Below, one piece after another: positions 17,582 through 26,510 of a DNA stretch of 64,000 nt. The notes under the pieces are model-generated. The model was not told where the DNA came from and did no database searches. It saw nothing but the letters and a program-made list of their open reading frames with translations. The translations under genes and the position numbers were made by a program. The DNA is taken from positions 7,910 to 71,909 of the forward strand of contig JACQCH010000017.1 in the NCBI GenBank assembly GCA_016201735.1, in the 5' to 3' direction. Positions within the stretch are counted from its first letter, which is position 1; each line of letters starts with the position of its first letter. This stretch comes from Candidatus Omnitrophota bacterium (GTDB lineage: Bacteria; Omnitrophota; Gorgyraeia; 1-14-0-20-64-10).

Positions 17582-18787
17582 TTATTTCCCCAGCACCTCG
17601 GTCAGCTTGAAGATCGGCAGCAGGATCGAGAAGACGATGGAACCGACCACTAACCCTAAGATGCCGATGATCATCGGCTCTAGCGCGCTGGTCAGCCCCC
17701 CGATCGCCACCTCCACCTGATCCTCATAGAATTCCGCAACCTTGGTCAACATCTCATCCAGCCGGCCGGTCTGCTCCCCGACTGAAATCATCCGAACCAC
17801 CAGGGGCGGAAACACCTTGCTAGCCGTCAATGGGCCCGCGATATTCTCTCCTTCCCGTATGGAAGCCCTGACCTTTAACACCGCATCCGCCACCACTCGG
17901 TTGCCCGCCGTGTCCGATACGATCTCCAGAGCCGAGAGGATGGGGACGCCGGTCTTGACCAGTGTGGAAAGGGTCCTGGCGAACTTGGCGATGGAGACCT
18001 TCCGGACCAGGGTCCCGATCACCCACAAACGAAGGAGCATCCGATCGAACCCCAGACGGCCCGATGGAGTCTTCAGCAGCCGACGCAGAAGGAACAGTCC
18101 GACGAATCCCGCCCCAATTCCAGGCAGGAAACTGTGCTGGGCAAATTCAGAAATCCCAATCAGGATGCGGGTGGGAAGAGGAAGGGAGACACCCAGCGTT
18201 ACAAAGATCTGCTTGAAGGTGGGGATCACCTTCAGCATCAGCACCCCGGTTATGAGGGCAGCCATGGAGATGACGATGACCGGGTAAATGCAGGCCGCCC
18301 GGATCTTCCGCTGAAGGGAGGCCGATTTCTCCAAGTAGGTGGAAAGCCGCTCCAGAATCTCAGCCAGATGGCCGCTGGCCTCTCCGGCCCGAATCATGCT
18401 GATAAAAAGGGGCGAAAAGACGGTGCTTTGTTTGGCGATGGCCGCCGTGAAATTCGCTCCCCCCTCCACGGCCGCCCGCACCTTGAGCACCACTCCCTGG
18501 AGGGTCCGATTCTCGATCTGCTCTGAAACGGCTTCCAATCCGGCCACAATCGGGATGCCCGCATCCACCAAGGTCGCCATCTGGCGGGTGAAAATCGCCA
18601 GGTCATCCATCCCCACTCTTTTGAGAAACAATTGGGAGGCCGCCGTGCCGCTGGCCTTTTTCAAGTTGATCACGATGAGCCCTTTTAAGTGCAGGGCTTC
18701 CAGAACCGCCGCCTGTGAGACCGCCTCCAGCGAGCCGGTAACTCTCCTGCCGTCCCCCAATTTAGCGACGTAAGAAAACTTAGGCAT
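17582..18787 (-). CDS. pilC: type IV pilus inner-membrane platform protein PilC (GspF family)
   Basis: 401 aa; two T2SS-F domains. Confidence 0.9.
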   Translation of the reverse strand: MPKFSYVAKLGDGRRVTGSLEAVSQAAVLEALHLKGLIVINLKKASGTAASQLFLKRVGMDDLAIFTRQMATLVDAGIPIVAGLEAVSEQIENRTLQGVVLKVRAAVEGGANFTAAIAKQSTVFSPLFISMIRAGEASGHLAEILERLSTYLEKSASLQRKIRAACIYPVIVISMAALITGVLMLKVIPTFKQIFVTLGVSLPLPTRILIGISEFAQHSFLPGIGAGFVGLFLLRRLLKTPSGRLGFDRMLLRLWVIGTLVRKVSIAKFARTLSTLVKTGVPILSALEIVSDTAGNRVVADAVLKVRASIREGENIAGPLTASKVFPPLVVRMISVGEQTGRLDEMLTKVAEFYEDQVEVAIGGLTSALEPMIIGILGLVVGSIVFSILLPIFKLTEVLGK

Positions 18788-18807
18788 CCCTGATTTCCTT
18801 ATTCATC

Positions 18808-19287
18808 CGAACAAGGCCCGATGCCGGGAGCGGACCGCTCCACGCCAGGCCCCGTCTCGTGGATGGGCTTCTCAGACCCGCTCGACGTCCCCAGCGAGGC
18901 CGTCTCGCTAAACGTCGGCCCTCGCTCTCTCCGCCGAACCCAAGCTCACCGGCGGAGAACCATGCCCGCTCGGGCCTCCGATTGTCTTCGAACCCCCTCC
19001 CCGAGCCGGAGCCATCGCATGAGACCTTCGGGGTGGCAGGGGGCAGGCCAGATTCCGCCAGCAGGGCCGACGTTTCAGGCCCATGCCCTGACCGAATGGG
19101 AACCCAAGCTGAAATGAACGACTTTCCATGGAACGTCCTGTTGGATTCGGCCATCTCCCGATGCTCTGACATGGTCAATGTGAACCATTCATCCGAACAA
19201 GGCCCGATGCCGGAACTGGCCTGCCCCCTGACAGGCCCCCGAAAGAAACAGGGGTGGTACCAGTCCAGCATCGCTGTGAACCATTCA
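18808..19287. mobile_element. MITE-like repeat, copy B, flanked by 9-bp direct repeat TTATTCATC (18799..18807 and 19288..19296)
   Basis: ~480 bp non-coding element filling entire pilB-pilC intergenic space; shares core and terminal sequences with copies at 7630..7876 and 25975..26469; ORF-track ORFs inside (18780..19295, 18859..19665) are repeat-derived. Confidence 0.65.
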
Positions 19288-21012
19288 TTATTCATCGCTG
19301 GTAACCCGCAGGACCTCTTCCACGCTGGTCCGCCCCAAGAGGCAGTGCTCCAGCCCTTCCTGCCGGAGGGTCCTCATTCCGTGCTCCACGGCATAGGCCT
19401 TGATCAAATCCGGAGGGCGTTTGGCGATGATCATCTCTCGGATCGGATCATCCACCAGCATCGCCTCCAAGATGGCGAAGCGGCCGTGGAAACCGGTCTG
19501 CTGACAGGAGAGACAACCCTGGCTCCGATACAGCTGCTTCCCCTGGGGGAGTACAAGGTTCAACTTCTTAAGAACCTCCGGTTTGACCGACTCTTCCTCC
19601 TTGCATTGAGGGCAGAGCTGGCGGCAGAGCCGCTGGGCCGCCACAAAGATAAGGCTCGAGCTTAACAGAAACGGGTCCACCCCCATATCGACGAGGCGCG
19701 TGATGGAGGTAGCGGCGTCGTTGGTGTGAAGGGTGGATAAAACGATCTGCCCCGTCAGAGAAGCCTTGACGGCAATGTCCGCCGTCTCTCCATCCCGGAT
19801 CTCTCCCACCAAGACCACGTCGGGGGCCTGGCGGAGGAAAGCCCTTAAGGCGTTGGAAAAGGTGAGCCCGATGCCGGGGTTGACCTGAACCTGGGTGATT
19901 CCGTCCAATTGATATTCCACCGGGTCCTCGACGGTGAGGATGTTCCTGCCCGGCTCGTTCATCTGGGCAAGCACGGAGTAGAGCGTCGTTGATTTCCCGC
20001 TGCCCGTCGGCCCTGTCACCAGGATCATTCCGAAAGGGCGCGAGACCGCCTTCTGGAAAGCCGCCAGAGAATCCGGAAGCAAGCCGATCTTTTCTAAGCC
20101 CACGGAAAGATTGCTTTTGTCCAGGGCCCGCATGACGATCTTGTTGCCGAATCCGATCGGCAAGCTCGAGACGCGGAAATCCACTTCCCGGTTTTCGACC
20201 CGGACCCGAAATCGCCCGTCTTGGGGAAGCCGGTTCTCCGTGATGTCCAACCGGGCCATGATCCTTAAGCGGGTCGTGATGGAGTTCTGGAGACGCTTTG
20301 GAAACCGAAAGGCCTCCAGAAGGTCCCCATCCACTCGATACCGGACCCGGACATCCTTTTCTTCGGGTTCCAGATGGATGTCGCTGGCCCGGGCCTTCAG
20401 GGCTTCCAGGATCATCGCGTCGACGATCTTGACCACCGGCGCCCGCTTGCCTACAATCCCAAAGGGGGTTAAATCCACAATCTCCTGCTGCTCTCCTCCA
20501 ACCGGTTCCTCTTCAGATTCAGACTTTTCTTCCTCCGAGGAAGATTCCGGTTGAGCCGTTTCCTGCAGAGGCCCGGCGTCGGACCGGTAAAGCTGCTGGA
20601 TCGCCGCGTTGACATCCTCTTCCGAAGCAATCACGGGAGTCACCTGGAGCGAAGTCAGGGTGGTCAGATCATCCAGGGCCAGTACGTTTAAGGGATCCGC
20701 CATCGCCACCGAGAGACAGTTGCTCATCTTGGAGACCGGGACCAGGCGATATTGGCGGGCCATCCGTTCCGGGACCAGTTTGGATAGGGCCGGATCGATC
20801 TGGTACCGGGCCAAGTTAATCGGAGGAATCTGCAGCCCTTTGGACAGCGTGGAAAGCAGGTCCTGCTGTCGGATCAGCCCCTGTTTCACCAACTGTCCCA
20901 GATTCCGGGGATCGCTCTTGGAGGATTTGAGGACTTCCTCCAGTTTCTTTCGGTCGATCCGCCGGTCTTCAACCAGAAGTTCTATGATCCTCTGCCTCAA
21001 GGATTCGGCCAT
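19288..21012 (-). CDS. pilB: type IV pilus assembly ATPase PilB (GspE family)
   Basis: 574 aa; N-terminal GSPII_E_N/MshEN-like repeats (NLGQLVKQGLIRQQDLLSTLSKGLQ), Walker A GPTGSGKST, C-terminal tetracysteine CRQLCPQC...CLSC. Confidence 0.9.
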   Translation of the reverse strand: MAESLRQRIIELLVEDRRIDRKKLEEVLKSSKSDPRNLGQLVKQGLIRQQDLLSTLSKGLQIPPINLARYQIDPALSKLVPERMARQYRLVPVSKMSNCLSVAMADPLNVLALDDLTTLTSLQVTPVIASEEDVNAAIQQLYRSDAGPLQETAQPESSSEEEKSESEEEPVGGEQQEIVDLTPFGIVGKRAPVVKIVDAMILEALKARASDIHLEPEEKDVRVRYRVDGDLLEAFRFPKRLQNSITTRLRIMARLDITENRLPQDGRFRVRVENREVDFRVSSLPIGFGNKIVMRALDKSNLSVGLEKIGLLPDSLAAFQKAVSRPFGMILVTGPTGSGKSTTLYSVLAQMNEPGRNILTVEDPVEYQLDGITQVQVNPGIGLTFSNALRAFLRQAPDVVLVGEIRDGETADIAVKASLTGQIVLSTLHTNDAATSITRLVDMGVDPFLLSSSLIFVAAQRLCRQLCPQCKEEESVKPEVLKKLNLVLPQGKQLYRSQGCLSCQQTGFHGRFAILEAMLVDDPIREMIIAKRPPDLIKAYAVEHGMRTLRQEGLEHCLLGRTSVEEVLRVTSDE

Positions 21013-21018
21013 CGGCTT

Positions 21019-22755
21019 CTACTCCAGGACTCCCACGGTGGTCCGGACGACCTCCTCGAGGGGGAGGATCCCTTCCGCCGCTTTGCCGATCGCATTCTCC
21101 CTCAAGAAAAGAAAACCGGCGGCGCGAGCCGCCTCCTGAAGCTTCACAGAGGAAGCCCCTTCCGCGACCAACCGGCGAAGCTGGGCCGTTAAAGGAATCG
21201 CTTCCAAAAGGCCGATCCGTCCGTCTAAACCTGTCCCTCGACATTCGGGACATCCCTTCCCCTTGCAGTAGTTCCCATTGGGTGGAAGGATCAGCCTTTC
21301 CATAAGCTGTTTGGAGGGATGGAAAATCTGCCGACAATGCGGGCAGACTCGGCGGGGCAGGCGCTGGGCTCCCACCAACAGAAGGGAAGAAGCGATCAGA
21401 TACGGTTCAATGCCCATATTCATCAAACGGGCGACCGCCCCGAGGGCCTCGTTGGTATGAAGCGTGGAAAGAACCAGGTGTCCCGTCAACGCCGCCTTGA
21501 TGGCGATGTCGGCCGTTTCCTCATCCCGGATCTCCCCCACCATGATGATGTTCGGGTCCTGTCGAAGAATCGAGCGCAAAGCGGCGGCGAAGGTCAGCCC
21601 GATCTCCGGGTGGATGGAAACTTGATTGATTCCGGCCAAGTCGTACTCCACCGGGTCCTCCACCGTGACCAGATTCCGCTTTGGGGTGTCGACCAGTTTC
21701 AAGAGACTGTACAGGGTGGTTGTTTTTCCGGATCCGGTCGGGCCGGTGATCAAGATCATCCCATGGGGATGCGTCGCGGCTTCTTTGAGCGCGTTCAGGG
21801 GAACCGGGTCGAATCCAAGCCGCTCCAGGTCCAGCGTCGCCTGATTCTTATCCAGAATCCGCAGACAGACCTTCTCCCCGAAATAAGAAGGGATCACCGA
21901 AACACGGAAGTCGACATCCCTCCCCCGGACGAAAAACTTGATTCTGCCGTCCTGCGGAAGCCGGTGCTCGGCGATATTGAGGGTGGACATCACCTTGATT
22001 CGGGAAACGATCCCTCCCTGCATGAGGGTGGGCAGGGACTTGCCTTCACGAAAGACCCCGTCCACCCGGTACCGGATCCGGAGCCGCTTTTCAAAAGGCT
22101 CGACCAAAATATCGCTGGCCTTCATCGAGACCCCCTCGGCAAGGATCGAATTGGTCAGCCGAACAATGGGGCCCTCTTGAGTCATCCGGATCAGGTCTTC
22201 CAGCTGCTCCGGCTCGGCCGTCTTGGTCTCCGAGACCAGCTCCAGGGTCGAGAGAGACCCCCCTTCTTCGGTAAGCTCCTTGAACGATTCCGACATGACG
22301 ATGCCGTACAATCGATTCAAGGCCTCCTGGATCTCCTCTTTCGTCGCCAGGAAAGGAACCAGGACCATTCCCGTCGTCTGGCTCAAATGATCCAGGGCCA
22401 GCACATTCATCGGGTCCACCATGGCAACCGTCAGTTGGTCGCCCAGGAACGAGACGGGAACGATTTGATAGTGAAAGGCCAGCTTCCGGGAGATCCTCTT
22501 GGTCAACTCCGGATCCATCTCCATCTTGGACAGACGGATGCTCGGAATCTGCAGGGTGTTGCTTAAGACGGCGATCAATTCCTTCGGCTCGACCAATCCC
22601 TGTTCCGTCAGGATCTGGCTCAAAGAGCCCCCCCGCTCCCGCTGCAGAGCCAGCGCCCGCTCCAGGTCTTCGGGCTTGAGGAGGCATTTCTCGACCAGCG
22701 CCTCTCCCAAGCGCTCCTTGACCGTTTTCCAATTCCTGGCACCCGCCTCAGGCAT
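21019..22755 (-). CDS. second PilB/GspE-family secretion ATPase paralog
   Basis: 578 aa; MshEN-like motifs RLGEALVEKCLLKPEDLERALALQ and LSQILTEQGLVEPKELIAVL, Walker A GPTGSGKTT, CPHC...CPEC zinc motif. Confidence 0.85.
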   Translation of the reverse strand: MPEAGARNWKTVKERLGEALVEKCLLKPEDLERALALQRERGGSLSQILTEQGLVEPKELIAVLSNTLQIPSIRLSKMEMDPELTKRISRKLAFHYQIVPVSFLGDQLTVAMVDPMNVLALDHLSQTTGMVLVPFLATKEEIQEALNRLYGIVMSESFKELTEEGGSLSTLELVSETKTAEPEQLEDLIRMTQEGPIVRLTNSILAEGVSMKASDILVEPFEKRLRIRYRVDGVFREGKSLPTLMQGGIVSRIKVMSTLNIAEHRLPQDGRIKFFVRGRDVDFRVSVIPSYFGEKVCLRILDKNQATLDLERLGFDPVPLNALKEAATHPHGMILITGPTGSGKTTTLYSLLKLVDTPKRNLVTVEDPVEYDLAGINQVSIHPEIGLTFAAALRSILRQDPNIIMVGEIRDEETADIAIKAALTGHLVLSTLHTNEALGAVARLMNMGIEPYLIASSLLLVGAQRLPRRVCPHCRQIFHPSKQLMERLILPPNGNYCKGKGCPECRGTGLDGRIGLLEAIPLTAQLRRLVAEGASSVKLQEAARAAGFLFLRENAIGKAAEGILPLEEVVRTTVGVLE

Positions 22756-23203
22756 GGTTGGTTCCGTAGCTGCGCTGGATCGCTTCCATCACATCGCTGA
22801 TCGTGGCCACAAAGACCTGCACCGTGCAGTGGCTGATCATCTCGATGTCTTCCACGGCCTTCATGTTCAGGGGATCGGCCATCGCGACGGTCACGGTGTC
22901 TCCAATCCGGTCCACCGGAACCAAGCAATATTGGCGGGCGACGTTCTCCGGAATCAGGCGCAGCAGATCCCCATCAATGGTGTACCGTTTCAAGGGCAGA
23001 TAAGGGAATCCGTACTGCAGGGTCAATGCCTGCGCCACCGCTTCCTCGCTGGCATATCCCAAATTCACCAGGATTTGGCCCAGCAGCCCTCCCCTCTTTT
23101 CCTGAAGCTTGAGGGCTTCCGCCACCTGATCGGGAGTGACCACTTTCCGCTCCACGAGCAGCTCGCCAATCAGCTTGGTAATGAGCTTCCGATGCGTTGG
23201 CAC
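22748..23203 (-). CDS. standalone GspE/PilB N-terminal (MshEN-like) domain protein
   Basis: 151 aa; KLIGELLVERKVVTPDQVAEALKLQ and LLGQILVNLGYASEEAVAQALTLQ tandem motifs resembling c-di-GMP-binding MshEN repeats; no ATPase domain. Confidence 0.55.
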   Translation of the reverse strand: MPTHRKLITKLIGELLVERKVVTPDQVAEALKLQEKRGGLLGQILVNLGYASEEAVAQALTLQYGFPYLPLKRYTIDGDLLRLIPENVARQYCLVPVDRIGDTVTVAMADPLNMKAVEDIEMISHCTVQVFVATISDVMEAIQRSYGTNHA

Positions 23204-23218
23204 CTTAAAAGACTCCCC

Positions 23219-24286
23219 TCATCCCCTTTGAGTTAACCGGGAGAATTCTTCCGGATCGTGGGAACGGGCAATGGCCTCTTCATGGTTGATGATCTTTCTC
23301 AGATACATCTCCGCCAAGGACTGGTTCATCGTCCGCATCCCTTCCCGCTGACTGGTCTGAAGCACGGAATAAAGCTGATGGGTCTTCGCCTCCCGGACCA
23401 GGGCCCGGACCGCCGAGTTGGCAATCATGATCTCCACCCCCAGAGCCCGGCCGGTCCCCGTCGCCTTTGGAATCAACTGCTGAGTCATCACCGCCAACAG
23501 GACAAAGGAAAGCTGGACCCGGACCTGCTGCTGCTGATGGGCCGGGAACACATCCACGATCCGGTTGACCGTCTGGACGGCGTCCGAGGTGTGCAGGGTG
23601 GCCAGCACCAAGTGCCCTGTCTCCGCGATGTTGAGCGCCGACTGGATCGTCTCCAAATCCCGCATCTCACCGATTAAGATCACGTTGGGATCCTCCCGCA
23701 GGACGTGCTTTAACGCGTTGGTGAAACTTAAGGTATCCGACCCAATCTCCCGCTGATCAACGATCGCTTTCTTATTCGTGTAGACATATTCAATCGGATC
23801 TTCCACGGTAATCACGTGACACTGTCTCTGGTTATTAATCCACTCCACCATCGAGGCCAAGGTGGTGGATTTCCCACTCCCTGTGGCACCCGTAATCAGG
23901 ACCAACCCCTTCTTTCTCCGGCACAACTCCTCTAGGATGGCCACGGGCAGACCGCACTCTCCGAAGTTCCGAATGGCGTGGGGAAGGAGCCGCACGGCGA
24001 CGCTCACCGAACCCCTCTGCAGGAAGACGTTGACGCGGAAGCGCCCCAGCCCTACCACGCCGAAGGACATGTCCAACTCCCTCTGCTTCTCAAAGTGAGC
24101 GATCTGTTCCGGGGAAAGAAGGCTGTAGGCCATCGCCTTGGTTTCAGCGGGCGTCAAGGGAGGATGCTCGGTCCGGATCAGCTCCTCATCCACCCGGAGA
24201 ACCGGCGGAGATCCGACGCACAGGTGCAGGTCGGAAGCGGTCCGCTCCACCATCTGCTTTAACAACTGATCCACAGGCATCGGCAT
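23219..24286 (-). CDS. pilT: twitching motility retraction ATPase PilT
   Basis: 355 aa; Walker A GATGSGKSTT, PilT-type AIRNLIRE-like region (ANSAVRALVREAKTHQL). Confidence 0.9.
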   Translation of the reverse strand: MPMPVDQLLKQMVERTASDLHLCVGSPPVLRVDEELIRTEHPPLTPAETKAMAYSLLSPEQIAHFEKQRELDMSFGVVGLGRFRVNVFLQRGSVSVAVRLLPHAIRNFGECGLPVAILEELCRRKKGLVLITGATGSGKSTTLASMVEWINNQRQCHVITVEDPIEYVYTNKKAIVDQREIGSDTLSFTNALKHVLREDPNVILIGEMRDLETIQSALNIAETGHLVLATLHTSDAVQTVNRIVDVFPAHQQQQVRVQLSFVLLAVMTQQLIPKATGTGRALGVEIMIANSAVRALVREAKTHQLYSVLQTSQREGMRTMNQSLAEMYLRKIINHEEAIARSHDPEEFSRLTQRG

Positions 24287-24299
24287 CGGGTCTTCTCCT

Positions 24300-25730
24300 T
24301 TAGCGCTTGGCGGACTGGATGGCTTCGGTCGCCTTTGCCAGCAGATGGGCTGCGGTGGATCCGTCCAACGGATTCTCGCTGACTCCCGCCGAGACCGACA
24401 GGGGGCAGGAAAGCAAACTGGATCCGGAGGTGAATGGCTGCCGCTCGATCTGCTGGCGGATGGCTTCCGCCAGTTCGATGGCCTCCCGCTTATTCCTCTC
24501 CGGCAGGATGAGGGTAAATTCTTCCGGCCCGGTCCGCCCCACCCGGTCCACTTCCGTCAGATTCTTCTTGAACAATCCGGCCACTTGTTTCAACACTTCA
24601 TCGGCTGCCGAAGATCCATCCACATCTCGGATCCGATCCAGGCTGCCCAGACGGAAGACCGCAAGGGAACAGGAGTGGTGGAAACGGATGGCCCGCTGGA
24701 TTTCCTCCTCCAGCCGGTTCCTCATGTGCTTGGCATTGTACAGACCGGTCAGCTCATCGGTAATCTCCAGCAGGGCGGCCCGTTTCGTCAGAGTGTCGTT
24801 CTCGATCGCGATCCCCATCTGCCGAGCGAAAACCCTTAACAGATTCATCGCGTCTTCCTCGAAAGTGAACCCCTGCTTCTGGTTCGCGGAAATCAGAAGC
24901 GAAACCGCTTTTCCCACCGAGACCAGCGGCTGACAGGCAGCGTTGCGCATGCCAAACAGGCTTTCAAGAAAATCCTTCTCCACCGAAGAACCTGTGCTGT
25001 CGTCAATCACGAGGAGGCGGCGCTCATGGAGGGCGCGGGCAAGCCACGGGGCCATCACCTTCTTATGGAGGAGCAGCTCCACCTGCGTCCGATCCACTCC
25101 CGCGGCGGCGTCAACCAAAAAGACTCCCTCCTCCCCTTCCACAGGCACCATAAGACAGTTGAGCTCCGCTTCCTCCAGGTGGGACAGCTTCTCCAGGATA
25201 AACCCCCGGATCTCCTCCAGACTGGCCGACTGGGTGATGAGGTTGCTCGCATGCAGCAGGTCGGAGAAAGCGAGGATGTGGCGATTGATCTCCAGATTCA
25301 GGAACTTCGTCTGCTCCCCATAAACCTGGAGCTGCCTCATATTGTCCCGCACCCGCTGAGTCATCTGATTCAGAGCCATCCCCAGATTTCCCAGTTCGCC
25401 CGGCTCGTCCGCATCCACCTCTGTGTCAAGATTCCCTTCAACAATCGCCTTCGCCTCCGAAGACATCCGGATCACCGGAAAGACCAGGCCCCTGGCAACC
25501 AAGAAACCCAAAACAGCCAGAACAATGGCCAGGCCGGCAATCACGGAAATCTGTCCGGGGGATTTTGTATGAGGAAAAACTTCACTCCAAAGCACGTAAC
25601 TCAACACCAGAAGCGGCAGGATCGACATCAGGGAGAAAGCAACCATCAGTTTCTCCCGGAGCCCCTGCGGCATGATGGAAAATTTCATGGATTCTGTAGA
25701 TCCTTGCTCTGACACCGCTCTCTTATCCAT
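24300..25730 (-). CDS. HAMP-GAF-GGDEF signalling protein with degenerate active site (GPEEF) and lost I-site; alternative start at 25688
   Basis: TM + HAMP (AKAIVEGNLDTEVDADEPGELGNLGMALNQMTQRV), GAF-like middle, GGDEF domain (ITDELTGLYNAKHMRNRL ... RVGRTGPEEFTLILP); M15 start at 25688 gives ATGA overlap with upstream HTH gene. Confidence 0.8.
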   Translation of the reverse strand: MDKRAVSEQGSTESMKFSIMPQGLREKLMVAFSLMSILPLLVLSYVLWSEVFPHTKSPGQISVIAGLAIVLAVLGFLVARGLVFPVIRMSSEAKAIVEGNLDTEVDADEPGELGNLGMALNQMTQRVRDNMRQLQVYGEQTKFLNLEINRHILAFSDLLHASNLITQSASLEEIRGFILEKLSHLEEAELNCLMVPVEGEEGVFLVDAAAGVDRTQVELLLHKKVMAPWLARALHERRLLVIDDSTGSSVEKDFLESLFGMRNAACQPLVSVGKAVSLLISANQKQGFTFEEDAMNLLRVFARQMGIAIENDTLTKRAALLEITDELTGLYNAKHMRNRLEEEIQRAIRFHHSCSLAVFRLGSLDRIRDVDGSSAADEVLKQVAGLFKKNLTEVDRVGRTGPEEFTLILPERNKREAIELAEAIRQQIERQPFTSGSSLLSCPLSVSAGVSENPLDGSTAAHLLAKATEAIQSAKR

Positions 25731-25873
25731 TGATCAATCTCCTCCTTCTGGAATCTCCACTGCCGGCCGATCTTGGTGGCAGGGATGGTATGGCCCTTGG
25801 CAAGCCGATAAATCGTGAACCGGCTGACCTGCATGTAAGCAGCAACATCTTCAATGGTCATTAATGCATTCAT
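25685..25873 (-). CDS. small helix-turn-helix DNA-binding protein (excisionase/AlpA-Xis family-like)
   Basis: MNALMTIEDVAAYMQVSRFTIYRLAKGHTIPATKIGRQWRFQKEEIDQWIRE; N-terminal extension of ORF 25685..26005 is repeat-derived. Confidence 0.45.
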   Translation of the reverse strand: MNALMTIEDVAAYMQVSRFTIYRLAKGHTIPATKIGRQWRFQKEEIDQWIRERCQSKDLQNP

Positions 25874-25974
25874 AGGCGTACCCATTGGCGAGTATGGCTG
25901 ATTGTTGCTTATCTGTGCAAGACTCTGGCAAATCCACGCAATGTGTACATTGCACAATTGGTACCGCTTCCGGG

Positions 25975-26469
25975 GTCCTGGCGTGGAGCAGTCCGTTCCC
26001 GGCATCGGGCCTGTGTTGGAACTACGAGAGGACCCCGTCTCGGGGGATGGGCTTCTCAGGCCCGCTCGTCGACCCCAGCGACTCAGAGCTTACAAGTGGT
26101 GCGGCCTCCTCTAGCCGCAGCCACGTGGTCGACTTCGCTAATCGAAAATCCCTCGCTCGTCCCCGGAATTTCAGAGCGCGGGGGACACCATGCCCGCTTG
26201 GGATTTTCATTGCCTTCGAACCCCATCCCCCGAGCCGGGGTCCTCGCAGATTCGTCGATCCTCGGGGTGGCGGGGAGCGGTCCGATTCCCGCCAGCAGTG
26301 CCGACGTTTGAGGCCGAGCTCTGTTGAATGGAAACCCATGCTGAAATGTACGACTTTCCATGGAACGTCCTGTTGGGTTTGGCCACCTGCCCATGCTCTG
26401 ACATGGTGAATGTGAACAACCCATCCGAACAAGGCCCGATGCCGGGAACGGACCGCTCCACGCCAGGAC
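25975..26469. mobile_element. MITE-like repeat, full-length copy C with ~45-bp terminal inverted repeats
   Basis: Left end GTCCTGGCGTGGAGCAGTCCGTTCCCGGCATCGGGCCTGTGTTGG vs right end CCGAACAAGGCCCGATGCCGGGAACGGACCGCTCCACGCCAGGAC (about 41/45 complementary); no credible ORF; contains sub-repeat module (26078..26130) that also occurs inside aroA and an alpha/beta hydrolase gene. Confidence 0.7.
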
Positions 26470-26510
26470 CCCGAAGGAACTAGGAGAGGATTAAATTTCT
26501 GGGAGGTGGA

